Assembly (NCBI RefSeq): GCF_018977255.1
Contig: NW_024704742.1
Coordinates: 105,960,001-106,024,000, forward strand
Direction of reading: 5' to 3'
Length of the DNA: 64,000 nt
From: Callorhinchus milii
Lineage: Eukaryota
Part shown: positions 1 through 12,269 of the stretch, piece by piece
Position numbering within the stretch: the stretch's first letter is position 1
Layout of the letters: the number at the start of each line of letters is the position of its first letter
Notes under the pieces: model-generated
Seen by the model: the letters and a program-made list of their open reading frames with translations, nothing else
Told to the model about the DNA's origin: nothing
Database searches by the model: none
Position numbers and translations under genes: made by a program

Positions 1-655
1 TTTGAATACAACAATGCTTTTGTTAGAGAGTTAATACAATGACTGGCTTATTTTCTCTGTCTTATTTCCTAACTAGAGCAAAGAAGGATTAAGTGCCTAC
101 TCCTGCATGAGGATATTTGAAGAAACACCCAATGATACAAATTTTTCTTACATAATTAGTTCATTAAAACCTTGTGTTTTTGTTAGTGTTCTAGTTTAGT
201 AGTTTTAGTGGCAGAAAACAATTCAAATAAAACATGTTCACCTGATTCTGAAGTCACTTATTGACCTCCCAGAAAGCAATTCATGCTGCAATAATGGAAA
301 GGCACTAGGGTTAATATTATAGAAAGATACTGTCAAATGGTTGAAGGACCTACTTATTCAAATCATTCTTGTGATCTGGTGAAGTAGATCAACTTCATTA
401 ATGTTAATGATTGCACGGATATCTGCAAAGGAATCCTTCAACAGAGAGTAACAATAGTTATCACCAGAAGGAAAGTAGAAGCAAGACATTGATAATACTC
501 TTTTGGAGGGGCTAGTGCTGCTTTTTACCATAAGTGTAGGGTGCCCTGTACTATATAATGTTAATGTTCTTCACTAGATTGCAGGAGTGGTTCAGGTGAA
601 GAATATCCTGTGACCCATTTTGATGTTATCTTTCAAAAATATTAACCCTGTAGTT

Positions 656-962
656 GTCCCGTAGCTCAGTGGTTAGAGCAGTCGCTTTGCAAGCGAGAGA
701 CCCAGGTTCGATTCCCAACAGGGTGAAACCTTGGGCAAGTTTCCTTACTCCACACGCCTGATAATAATCCCTCAAAAAAAAATTGATCATTTCAATCCAC
801 GACTGTTTGTGGGACACTGCTGTGTACAATTGGCTGCCGCATTTCGTCCACAAATATACAGTCAATTCACTTTACAGTCTATTCTGTGAAGCGCTTTGAG
901 ACATCTAGAAGACGTGAAAAGCGCTATATCAAATGCAAGGATTATTATTATTTATTATCATT
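656..962 (+). mobile_element. tRNA-Ala-derived SINE, short subfamily, full length
   Basis: Head GTCCCGTAGCTCAGTGGTTAGAGC...TTTGCAA...GGTTCGATTCC (A box, TGC anticodon loop, B box); body GACTGTTTGTGGGACACTGCTGTG; L2-type tail GCGCTATATCAAATGCAAGG(ATT)n; many copies in the window. Confidence 0.92.
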
Positions 963-1004
963 ACAACCCTACACCTCCTTCCACTATTGCATTACATTGT
1001 TTCT

Positions 1005-1215
1005 TCACAAGATGACAAGATTGGTCTGGATGAAGAAAGCTCTTCAGATTATTTGATCTCATCTCTCCAGAACACCCACCATACTGTCCCCCCAACCTCC
1101 CCATCAAGCTGCTTTTTAAATGGGTCCAGTGCCCTGGCCTCAACCACCTTTCTTGGCTACCTGTTCCAGTCATTGATTATCCTCTGCATAAAGAAAAATA
1201 TGCCCTCTGCTAAAG
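1005..1215 (-). mobile_element. old CR1-type LINE 3' fragment
   Basis: Resembles the CR1 ORF2 end/3' UTR; similar sequence recurs near 54390, 57700 and 59190. Confidence 0.45.
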
Positions 1216-1624
1216 GGTTAGGTATCTTGATCTCAACCACCCTTCCTGGATACCCTTAAGTAAGGCTGTAAGGTCAGGAAATTGTGTTAATTGTTAAATG
1301 ATTTTAAGCGCTCCGGGATGCTGCCCCATGTGAAGGGTACTATATAAATCCAAGTTATTGTTGTATTTGTGTTTAGTACACCTTCTAGCATCCTTGCCTC
1401 TCAGAAACCAGCAAAAGACTTGCTTGAGACAATGTAGAGAAAAAAAGGCCAATTTAGCTTGTTGAGGTGCAAAGACAAATGAGGAGGAACAAAGGAGATG
1501 TTAACACATGGTTTGAGTTCACCTTAATACCGAAAAAAATTGAAAAGTTTCCTTTGCAATCCTGAGAGAGCTTTATTTTGTCAAGCAGCCTGGATGTGAC
1601 AATATTACAGGGGAACAACTAGAA

Positions 1625-2032
1625 CAACGACTTGCATTCATATAATGCCCCTCATGCAGGGTAGCATCCCAGAACGCTTGACAGTGGTGGAGCTCTACAC
1701 CAAGCTGGGGGTAGGTGACCGTAGGTACCGTCAAACAGGAAGATCTTTAGGTGTGACCTGAAGATGGGGAAGGGTAGAGCAAGATGAAGCGATTGAGGGA
1801 AAGTATTCCAAAGTTTTGGGATGTAGTGGCTGAAAGCACAACCACTGATGATGGAACGGAAGGCATGAGAGACAAGCAGAGGCAGTAGGTAGTGGGTCGG
1901 GGACTAAGCAGTTTGGAGAGATAGGGAGGTTCCAGGGTATGAAGAGATTTGAAGATGAGTGTGAGTATCTTGTAATCGATCCATTCGGTGATAGGGAGCC
2001 AGTGGAGCCTGACTAGTACTGTTGTGATGGGT
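1625..2032 (-). mobile_element. L2-clade LINE 3' fragment (older family)
   Basis: GGGAGCCAGTGGAG encodes LHWLP on the minus strand; tail resembles those at 29040 and 10622. Confidence 0.8.
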
Positions 2033-2405
2033 ACTTCTAGACAGGGAATATTTTCACAGTAAACTAATTTTTACTGTATCCGCCCAGGACCGATACCCAC
2101 CTATTTAAATTTCCCATGGAATGAATCTGATTTACAGCATTAGCGCGACATATCTGTGAAGCCACCTCAGTGGCTGTTCTGTGCACACACAGTGCTTATT
2201 AATATTTATAATCCAAGCTCCAGTTCAATGCATGTAGGCATCAACTTTATTAAAGTACTCATGGAATTCAGTGAAGATGGTTTATTTGATATTTTCCGTA
2301 ATATGACTATACATTAGAGATATTACAGGCACAGTGAGCTATAAATACAGAGCTTTGAGAATCTCATCTCACATTCTGAGATGTGAGGTTTGGGGGTGTT
2401 TCGCC

Positions 2406-3220
2406 TACAACAACAACAACAAAGTTACATTTGTGTGGTGCCTTTCACGTCGGGAGGACGTCCCAAGATGCTGGACAGTCAGTGTTTCGGACCCGAGCTG
2501 TCAGTCAGGATGGGGGATGGTGGAGTGTAGGTGGGGAGGAGGGCGACCGAAGGCACGGTTAAAGAGGAGGGTGTTGAGAGAGGTCTTGAAAGAGGCAAGG
2601 GAGGGGGCGAAGGGGAGGGATTGTGGGATGGAGTTCCAGAGGATGGGGCAGAGTGGCTGAAGGTCCACCTGCAATTGATGGGGTGGGTGAGGTGGGGGAC
2701 GAGAAGCAGGCCAGAGCCTGCTGAATGGAGGGAGCAGGCAGGGTGGTAGGAGGTTAGAAGGCAGCAGAGGTAGGGGGGAGCAAGGCCATGGAGGGCTTTG
2801 AAAGTGAGAACCAGGATCTTGAACTGTATCCTCTGTGTGATGGGAAGCCAGTGGAGTCGGGTGAGAATGGGGGTGATAGGCTTGTGGAGCCTGGTGCAGG
2901 AGAGGACAGGAGCTGCAGAGTTCTGGATGATCTGCAACCTATGGAGGGAAGAGTTAGGGAGGCCATTGAGCAGGGAGTTTGCATAGTCAAGCCTGGATGA
3001 GATGAATGCGTGTATGAGAACCAAGGACAGATCCCTGAGGAATTCTGCGTAAGATGGTGAGGGAGCTGGAGGAGAAGTTTGTGGAGATGAAGTGGAGACG
3101 GTGTGAGAGGTACGATGTGAACCATTCAAGGACAAAACCCTGAAGGTTGAGGTGAGAGAAGAGACTGTGGAGGAGGATAGAGTGGTCAATGGTATCGAAG
3201 GTAGCAGAGAGGTCAAGGAA
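2406..3220 (-). mobile_element. L2-clade LINE fragment, 5'-truncated with internal deletion
   Basis: ORFs give LDLSATFDTIDH...PQGSVLG joined directly to LIHAFISSRLDYANSLL...LHWLP; (TTG)n tail at 2406. Confidence 0.92.
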
Positions 3221-3329
3221 ACACAAAATACACAGTCAATTCACTTTTCAATGTATTCTGTGAAGTGTTTTGAGAAATCTCAACAACATGATAAAGCGCT
3301 ATAACAAATGCAAGGATTATTATTATTAT
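3221..3329 (+). mobile_element. tRNA-Ala SINE 3' fragment
   Basis: Matches 850-950, including the (ATT)n tail. Confidence 0.85.
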
Positions 3330-4043
3330 GGAGTTTGATGAAACTGAATGTAGAATATAACGAAAATCCCACTATAATGCAGTAGTATTTTATGCTACCT
3401 TAATTAACTTGCCCATACCTGCCTCAAGGTTTTTTCCCCTGCTTATTGTTCTATGTGGTCTTGCTGCAAAACAAGTTTTGCATAAAAGTACTAATGTAGC
3501 AGCCTCAAGGGGTGCAAAATATTCCTTGCACCAAAAATCTCTGAGTTTACAGTATCTGTGACCCTCTCCCACCCTTCACAAATTCATATAAACTTAATTA
3601 TAAGAAAATACCACAAATTAAAATGGATTGAGAGCATTGGTGCTGCTATTTCAGGGAGTTTGAATCTAATTAATAGAACAATCGTTCCAGGTCATTGTTT
3701 CTGTTTCTGTCTTCCTACCCACTGATCCACAAGCTTTTAAAGATAAGTTATATTAGAAGGTTCCCTGGAGCAAGAGGAAATTTAGAGTGATCTGTTCCAA
3801 AAACATGAATGTGGGCTATCTCTCTCCAATTTACATTGTTAATACTAGGTAGCCCATGAACCACACTATGTACAGGATTCCATAACCATTCACATACCTT
3901 GGCTAATTTAGATTGCCACCTTATTTACCTATTTACTTTACATTTAGTTAGCAGTTCATAAACCATATCCACTTATTTAGCGCTTGGTGACTATGCTCCT
4001 CTGGAGAAGATATTTTTGAGACCAAAGAAAAATCCCTGGTATG

Positions 4044-4916
4044 AAAGTAGATAATGAGAAAGGAATTGTAATAATGAGATGTTTGTGTTGAACAATGTGT
4101 TGTGGAAGTTAATCCATGTGTGAAATACAAAGTTTTTCTAGACACATTAACACATTATTAGAGATTCACTAAATATTAGACCCCAAGGATAATATTTGTT
4201 ATAATTAACAGAAATAAATTGAATATTGGATTTGAGTCTTTCCTCCTTGGGAATCTCAGTAGTCCTGTTCCTGGACCAGCCAGTCAAGTCTGCATTACGC
4301 CAAGGCACTATGATGATAGACACGTTCATTCGATTTATTAGAAGGACTTGTAAGACAAGACCAGTTACTGCAAGCATAAAATCTTCCCATTCAACTCCTG
4401 TTAACGCTGCCCTAAAGCGGAGGCCAGTCCTAACTGTACAAATAAGGGATGCTTGCCAGCAGTTGCAATGCTCAATGATGATTTTAGGCCAATTCATTCT
4501 CTGGCTTCCTAAACCTTGGCTTTTCCCAACCTGTGCCTAAACTCTCCGGGATTAGGTAAGTAGGCTGTACCCTCCTGGGAAGAGCTTGCATACTTCATAC
4601 TAGCCAAACAAAAACCATAAGTATGTGGAACTCTCAGTAGTTTGGTTTTGTTGAAGGGCTTCCGTGTGTGTCAGACATCTAGCTGACTAAACAAAATTAG
4701 TGCAGAACCAGCATGTTCCTGGAAGGATATTTGCAATCAGTTGTCTGTTAATTATAAAAAATATTATACTTGGGGGTCTAATATGCAGTGAGTCTCTAAT
4801 AATGTGCTGATCCATTGTCTAGAATAACTTTGTATTTCACACATGGATTCACTTCTGTAACACATTGTTCAGCACAGACATCTCATTATTGCAATTGGCT
4901 TTTCATTGTCTATTTT
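4044..4916. repeat. long inverted repeat, arms ~4044-4226 and ~4727-4916
   Basis: The arms are reverse complements; the ORF track shows near-identical peptides on opposite strands (MSRKTLYFTHG / MSRITLYFTHG). Confidence 0.93.
4230..4722 (+). repeat. unclassified interspersed repeat (family X)
   Basis: ACCTGTGCCTAA...ATTAGGTAAGTAGGCTGTACCCTCCTGGGAAGAG block shared with 17661-17717 and, inverted, with 18040-18440, 32220-32760 and 39570-40060. Confidence 0.75.
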
Positions 4917-5149
4917 GATTTCGCTTACAACTGGCACTTAGGAATACTTCTTCAACTTATCATTACTTTTGAAAGTTCATTTTTAAAAGGCTTTCGGCTC
5001 ATTTTGAACGAACAGGATAATATAGAATCCAAAGTTCTGCTGTACTAATAGGTTGGATGAGTAACTGTGATGTAGAGTACATTTCAAAATGGTTATAAGT
5101 ATGAGGAAGGAATAGATAAATTGGAAATTATTTCCTACTGTTTAATAAT

Positions 5150-5850
5150 CAAATAATAATCATTGCATTGTGGGATATAACACCATTCACTTTGGAAGGA
5201 TGTTTCAAAGCAGTTCACAGGATTAACTGGGAAGTGTAGTATCCCGGTAGAATTGTAAAATTACTGCACAGAAGAAGGTCATTTGGACATCGAATCTGCT
5301 CTCAGATCAAGTGTATTTTGTGGATTTTATAGATGAAAATAGCATCCACTTTGCGCACAGCAATGTCCCACAAGCAGCCAAGAAGTGAGTGGGCAATTTT
5401 ATCTGGGGAATTGATCCATCCCACAGTCCCTCCGCTTCGCCCCCTCTCTTGCCACCTTCAAGACCCATCTCAAGACCCTCCTCTTTGACCGTGCTTTCGA
5501 TCTCCCTGCTTCCCCCCCTGACCTCCATCCTCCCCGACCCCCAGCTTGGGTCCAAAACTCTGTCTGAACAGTGCCTTGGGCCGTCCTCCCGACGTAAAAG
5601 GCGCTATACAAATGTAATTTTGTTGTTGTTGTTCATGGCTAGGAAACTGGGAGAAATTCCCTTCTCTTTTTGAAAAGCATAATGGGAACTTTAATTTCTG
5701 CCTAAACAGGCAGTCAGAACTTTAGTTTAATGTCCCATCGGAAGGAAGGCACCTCCAACTTTGCAGTACTCCCCAAGCACTGGAGTGCGAACACAGACCA
5801 TGAGCTCAAAGCCCTGATGTGGAGGTTGAACCCACAATCTTCTGACTCTT
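5150..5850 (-). mobile_element. Deu-domain SINE (SacSINE1/AmnSINE1-like), interrupted
   Basis: GGCACCTCC...CAGTACTCC...TTGAACCCACAATCTTCTGACTC head and Deu core; split by an L2 tail. Confidence 0.75.
5415..5632 (+). mobile_element. L2 3' end inserted in a Deu SINE
   Basis: GCCTTGGG...GACGTAAAAGGCGCTATACAAATGTAATT(TTG)n. Confidence 0.88.
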
Positions 5851-5854
5851 GTTT

Positions 5855-6078
5855 ATAATAATAATCCCTCTAAAAACAAAACAATAATAAATCAGTCATT
5901 TTCAATCCACGACTGTTTGTGGGACACTGCTGTGCGCAATTGGCTGCCGGTTTCGCCCACAAATATACAGTCAATTTGCTTTACAGCATATTCTGTGAAG
6001 TGCTTTGAGACGTCTAGAAGACATGAAAAGTGCTATATCAAATGCAAGGATTATTATCAAATGCAAGATTATTATTAG
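5855..6078 (+). mobile_element. tRNA-Ala SINE 3' portion with duplicated tail end
   Basis: Matches 760-950; ATCAAATGCAAG occurs twice at the end. Confidence 0.88.
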
Positions 6079-6842
6079 TTTCTATCAGTCATCAGTTAGT
6101 TTGCAGTCATTAGCTCAAATGTTATTGTGGGCCTATAGTGAGCAAGTGGTCATAAATGTGCTACGAGAATCTTGCATGTGCTTGGCCCACATATCACTAT
6201 TGATATCAATTAACCTCCTCCCTACCTACTTACCGAGTGAAGAGACTTTCTCTTTTACAGTTTGATAGATACCAGTAATAACTTAGCAAAATGTAAATTA
6301 CGAGGGGACATCACATCATGGTTGCAAAAAATCTATTAATCTTTGCAATACTTGAGCTTCACCAATGGAGTATAGCTGTAGGTCAAATGCAGTAATTTTC
6401 CTTATCAATTGTATTATTTGTAAAGCTGCCAAGCTGCCAAGTCCTATTTCAGTCTCTTAGTCCACAGCATATCATTGTCCTCCTCATCACTGGTTGAAAC
6501 AGTAGACAGTGCTGTGAGTGTGGTATTCAGGCATTAGGATGCAGATGATCTTTGTGCTGTACTGATTTATACTCCCCTTGTGATATGAATAAAGAGCTTC
6601 CACTTTATTCCTTGAAAGTGCACTACAGACTTGGATGTAAGTATAGCTTCATATGTTTGGCTTTAACAATATGACCCTCACGGTTACTTTCTAGTTCTCC
6701 TAGCATCAAGCTTGTACTTGTGAGCAACACAAAATCAATAGCTTGTCAGCTTGACATTCGCTCTCTCACATTAGACTCCAGCTTCTCTCCATGTCTTCTT
6801 GGAGCTTTTCTTGCTTCTTTCCCTTATTGTTATGACTGTGAT

Positions 6843-7535
6843 TATAATAATAATCTTTGCATTTGGCATAATACCTTTCTCGAAGGGAGGATGTCCCAAA
6901 GTGCTTCACAGGAATTATTGTGAAGTGGAGTGACTGTATATTTGTCGGCAAATGCGGCAGGCCAATTGCACACAGCAGTATCCCATAAACCGCAATGATA
7001 TGTTTTCAAATAGTACTATGGGATGTTTAACATCCACCTGAACAGGCAGACTGCATCTTGGTTTAACGTCTTGTCTGAAGGGTGGCACCTCTGACAATGC
7101 AACTTAATAATAATAATAATAATAATCCTTGCATTTGATATCACACTTTTCACGTCTTCTAGACATCCCAAAGCGCTTCACAGAATATACTGTAAAGTGA
7201 ATTCACTGTATATTTGTGGGCGAACGCGGCAGCCAATTGCGCACAACAGTGTCCCACAAACAGTCATGGATTGAAAATGACCAATTTATTATTGTTTTGT
7301 TTTATTTGGAGGGATTACTATTAGACGTGTGGAGTAAGGAAACTTGCCCAAGGTTTCGCCCTGCCTGGAATTGAACTCAGGTCTCTCACTTGCAAAACTT
7401 GCAGGACAATGCAACCCCAGGGCTGCATTGGAGTGTCAGCTTAGACTATGTGAGATGCAGGTTCAAGCCCTCTGCCATGTGGCTTGAACCCACAACCTTC
7501 TGACTCAGAGACAAGAGTGCTGCTACTTAGCCAGA
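6843..7535 (-). mobile_element. Deu-domain SINE interrupted by a younger SINE
   Basis: Tail at 6843, Deu core at 7010-7100, head resumes at 7405-7535. Confidence 0.82.
7104..7404 (-). mobile_element. tRNA-Ala SINE (short subfamily) with 11-bp TSD
   Basis: Reverse complement of 685-960; flanked by GACAATGCAAC at 7093-7103 and 7405-7415. Confidence 0.92.
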
Positions 7536-8799
7536 CTATTGTGCTCTTTTGAACTTTCCTTTCTTTGCTCCAAATATACCATCCAATGCTCTCTTCCTCC
7601 TGTTTTGAAATCAAAACTCAACAAACCGTCTCCTACTCCAGCTCTTTCTTTCCCAGGGCCTCAAAACTGTGAAATTTCCATACTTTCCTCCACAAAGGAG
7701 TTTTTTCAAACCAAAGCTTGGGGTGAGTTAGTCTACTACTTTTTGATTTACCTCTTATCTACTCTTATAAATCAATCTGGAGCTTCTGCAAGGAAGTACC
7801 TTTGCCTTTCGTATATATTTCTCAACGAACATTAACATTGCTGAGGTTGTTTGCTGCTGCTGCTGCTATATCAGTGATGTAAAATATAGAATGTTTCAGC
7901 ACGAAACAGACCATTTGGCCCAACTAGTCTGTGCCAGATTGCTAAGCACTCTCTCATTCATTGATCATCGGTTTCAAGCAGTAAAAACAAAACAAAGACA
8001 ACTACAATTTCTAACTGATGAGCTGTACACCAGCAGAACAATGAGATCACATGGCCCAAAGGGCCTTCTTCATCCGAGGCAGGGGAAGAAACAAAATTTA
8101 CTTGAAAATTTTCATAAATATAATGCAGCCAACTCAGCATGTGATGATAATAATTCCATACAATGTCAATATACTAAAGCTTTATATTAAAAATAGAATT
8201 ACAATTTCCACACTTCAGGCAGTACTGTCTATAGCTTTTAACTGTGCGGTCCCTAAACAATAATAGTGATGAGACACACATAATCCATCTCTCAATGGAA
8301 TGGCATAATTCAGGCTAATTGGTGCATGGTAAATTTTATGCTATTAATTAGAAACTCTTGGAGTTAAAAAAAAACTGCCACACAGTGCCTTGTTATGCAT
8401 TGTCCTAGAAGCATTAAGATAAGACTCTGCAGGTTTGATAAAATAAAAAAAACAAGCTCAATGGATCCCTCGCGTCAACTTTCTGTCCAATGGGAAAGCT
8501 GTCATGATGAATAATTATAGCATCTGTCCCAAAAGTAATTCAAATATCTTAGTGATATGAATAAAAAATAAACTGTGCTGTGCAGCTGAATTGAGCTGAA
8601 GGTTTTCAGAGCGAAGCTGCATTGTGAAAATAAATCCAGACAGTCCAGCGATTATGAAGAATTGCCAAGCCAAGCAAGCCAAGTAAACTATTTGGAAAAT
8701 CAGATGCAGAAAAACTACTGAAAGCAATTTTTCAAAGGACAAGTTGCAATAAAAGACGTGGAAAACTAACAAATAAAATCCCATGCCATGTACCAAAAA

Positions 8800-8982
8800 T
8801 AAATAATAATTTGGTTATCCAATCCACGACTGCTTGTGGGACACTGCTCTGTGCTTTTCACCCCCCAAAAATACAGTTAATTCAGTTTATAGTATATTCT
8901 GTGAAGCGCTTTGAGATGTCTCAATGATGTGATAAGTCGCTGTATCAAATGCAAGGATTATTATTATTATATTATATTATTT
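8800..8982 (+). mobile_element. tRNA-Ala SINE 3' half
   Basis: AATCCACGACTGCTTGTGGGACAC...CAAATGCAAGG(ATT)n. Confidence 0.87.
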
Positions 8983-9072
8983 GTCCTCCAGAAGGATGGA
9001 AAAATAATTATCTGGAGAAAGTCAAGTTTTGAAATCCAATTTAAAGACACTCTAAGTACTGAATGTATTTGT

Positions 9073-9440
9073 GGAGTCCTGCAGCTCAGTGGTTAGAACA
9101 CACCCCTTGCAAGTGCGATACCTGGGTTTGATTCCCGACAGGACGTTGGATAAGTTTCCTTACTCCCCACGCTTCTGTTTATCTAGCAGTAAGTAGGAAC
9201 CCGGTTGTTAGTCGATTGGCAGATCACTTTTCCAGGGTAATAATTAATTTTAAAAAATCAAAAAAAAATTGTTTACTTTAATCCATGACTATTTGTGGGA
9301 CACTGCTGTGCGCAATTGGCTACCGTGTTTCTCCCACAAAATATACAGTCAATTCACTTTACAGTATATTCTGCCAAGTGCTTTGGGATATCTCGCAGAT
9401 GTCATAAGGCACTAAATCAAATGCAAGGATTATTATTACT
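9073..9440 (+). mobile_element. tRNA-Ala SINE, long subfamily, full length
   Basis: Same head and tail as 656-962 plus a ~60-bp central block CTGTTTATCTAGCAGTAAGTAGG...TTGTTAGTCGATT. Confidence 0.9.
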
Positions 9441-9584
9441 ATTTACTTCAACAAACGGCAATGATTGAAACTTGGTTGTAATTTTCCTTATATTAGTCTT
9501 TAGGACCATTAAGAAAGAAATCAACCAGGGGGAGGGGAGAGGTGGGGGCAGCCTCTATAATGCAGTGGATAGAATTGCAGCTCG

Positions 9585-9730
9585 TGGACCAGTAGCTCAG
9601 TGGTTCGAATGCCAGTCAATGTTGAGTTTGCTCAGCAATGCTAATGGAATCCTACCATCTCAGGGTTAGGGAGGGGGAAAACCAGTCAGCATTCCTGCTC
9701 CTCGACATTCAGTAGCACCCTCTATTAGTG
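9585..9730 (+). mobile_element. AmnSINE2-like relic
   Basis: GGGTTAGGGAGGGGGAAAACCAG...TTCCTGCTCCT motif shared with 12340, 16395 and 23700; family name from memory. Confidence 0.55.
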
Positions 9731-9829
9731 GTGAATCCACATGCTTAGTGAACAAACAAGTTACAAATGTCCACATAGGGAGTCTCATCTGTCTGTCCAT
9801 CCATCTGTTCATCTATCCAGCTCCTATTC

Positions 9830-10050
9830 TGCCTCTACGACCTCAAGGAAATGTGTTCCACTTGCCATACCTCTTTGCATGGAGAAATGTTTTCTGATCT
9901 GATGTATAATGATCCTAGCTCTAATCTGTAAGATTGTGCCTCTTTATTTTGGATCTATCTTCCAGAAGGAAGAGTCATCAGCTATACATCTAACTTGACA
10001 ATTCCCTTTATTATTTTAAACACCTCAATCAGATCACCACTTAACCCATA
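9830..10050 (-). mobile_element. old CR1-type LINE ORF2 C-terminal fragment
   Basis: TGTTCCAC...GAGAAATGTTTTCTG...TTTTAAACACCTCAATCAGATCACC resembles the reverse strand of the CR1 ORF2 end. Confidence 0.55.
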
Positions 10051-10337
10051 CCTTTTCATTCTGTGCTGATAATGAGATTTCTCCATTAGAAGCACAGAAC
10101 AAAACGTTCACTATGCATCAGCAAATTGAGTGCGTTACATCCTGAACACTTCTATTTTTAACTTACAAACATTCAATGTCCCTTCAACACCGATCATCCT
10201 CCAAATGTTATTTCTGCTCTAATTTTAGTAAATTAAGGAAAATTGTCTAGTGTATTTTTCTCTTTCCATTTTGTTCAATGCTCGCAAATCTGCATAAGAA
10301 AGTAAACAGATATGTTTGTGGAGCAAATAATAATGGA

Positions 10338-10760
10338 CCACCATTGGTGGTCAGGCCTTCAGCCTTGCTGCCCCACCCTTTGGAACTCCATCCCACAGTC
10401 CCTTCGCATTGCTCCCACCCTTGTCTCCTTCAAGGTCCCTCTTAAGATCCTTCTCTTTGATTGCACCTTTAGTCACCCTCCTGCCCCTACCTTCCCTGCC
10501 CTCCACCCCTCCTGATCCCAACTCCCAGCTCCAGTCCAAATCTCTGATTTTTCCAGCAACTGTCCTCCCAATGTGAAGGGTGCTATACAATACAAATGTA
10601 ATTTGTTGTTGTGGTTGGTAATACAACAACAACTTGCACCCTTCACGTGGGGTAGCTCCCTTCACACGGAATGGAGTCCAGGAGCACTTGACAGTGGCGG
10701 AGTCTGATCCCGAGCAAGAGGGAGAGGGGAGTTGATCATAAGCATGATCAAAAAGGAAAT
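10338..10760. mobile_element. two L2 3' ends tail-to-tail (10338-10617 +, 10622-10760 -)
   Basis: PTLWNSIPQSL peptide and (TTG)n tail facing a (CAA)n tail. Confidence 0.8.
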
Positions 10761-11910
10761 AATAATCCTTACATTTCAAATAACACCTTTTACATCAAGA
10801 AGACATCTCAAAGTGCTTCACTGGATTTTACTCTAAAGTTTAGTGAATATACATTTTGTAAGCAACATAGTCAGATGGTTGCTACAACAATAGTTCATTA
10901 TTCATCAGCTATGTGAATACCACATGATTGAGAGAGACAAGAAATCTGCCATTGTAATCCATAGGGAGAGAGTTTACAAAAGATGAGTCAGGAGAATTAT
11001 TGCACAAGGAATTTCAGGTATTATAACAAAGTTTAAAAACACAAATCAGAAGCTTATGGTTCGTAATCTATAATGAAATGTAAACCTTACAACTTTTTCA
11101 ATTTTCCTCAGGAGTTTTTGAAATATGCATTCTCTTTTTTGTCAGATGTAGCCTGGAAAAAATATTTTCTGTCACTTTCCAATGCTAAGTACAATATTTC
11201 AAAGTAGATTTACAATGCAGGAAGGTTCTCCAGGATTTTCTGAACAAACTGAGAACCTTATCATTATTTTGATGCAAAAATTCCTCCACACTGCTTGAAG
11301 GGTTGAAGATATTACGGATTTATATTTAATGCTTGGAAGGCAATCTTCAGCAGGGAATAAACAAGTGCCAAGCCAATTGCTTTGGGTGGGGAATGGATTT
11401 AAAGAAAACAATAGGAAGTTCATCTTCCAGATCAGAAGTTTCCCTCTAGGGAGTTTACATAGAGAATAGAGATTACAGGAGATTATCACGTTCCATTGCA
11501 TAGTATGATTCAGATTCTAAATATTTTGTCTTTTAGAGTAATTGTGTATTTATCTGATCAAATGCAGGTGTAGATTATAAAATGAATTTAAAAAGAAACT
11601 GAGTGTACATATATTTTAGATTGACCAGAACACTGAATTACCACCAATTTATTTTTCCATTGCATTAGAATGTTTACAGCAGAAAAGGAGGTCACTTGGA
11701 CCCATTATATCTGCACTGTTGCCAGTTTCCACATTGCAGCTTTCTACTCTAACCCCATTCCTCTGCTCTTTCCTTACATTCTCAATATTACTTTTCCTCA
11801 GTTTGGCTTGTTTGCTTGTGGCATCATTTCGTGTTGTTCTATATAATATGTTTTTCTTTTTTCTCTTTCAGTTAGAAATACTGTTGATTATGGCTTCCTC
11901 GTAGATCAAT

Positions 11911-12262
11911 GGAGTTCCAGAGGCGCAGAAGGTTATCCAGTGGCTCAGGGTGTTATTCAGTGACTCAGGGGGGTATCCAGTGACTCAGGAGGGTATCCAG
12001 TGGCTCAAGGGGGTATCCAGTGGCTCAAGGGGGTATCCCGTGGCTCAGGGGGGTATCCAGTGTCTCAAGGGAGTATCCAGTGGTTCAGGGGTTATCCATT
12101 GGCTCAAGGGGGTTATCCACTGGCTTGGGGGGTATCCAGTGGCTCAGGGGGCTATCCAATGGTTCAGGGGGTATCCAATTGCTCAATGGGGTATCCAGTG
12201 GCTTGGGGAGATATCCAGTGGCTCAGGGGGTATCGAGTGGCTCAGGGGGTTATACAGTGGCT
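11911..12262. repeat. minisatellite, ~17-18 copies of a 19-21 bp unit GGGGGTATCCAGTGGCTCAR
   Basis: Directly visible tandem units with point variants. Confidence 0.95.
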
Positions 12263-12269
12263 GTGCTAT

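Noticed and set aside
656..725. tRNA-Ala(TGC) gene
   Set aside because: The acceptor stem is poor and the sequence continues into a multi-copy SINE body and tail; it is a SINE head
11911..12262. CRISPR array or repeat-protein gene (ORFs 11950-12306)
   Set aside because: The units are contiguous with no unique spacers, there are no cas genes, and the ORFs are tandem-repeat read-through
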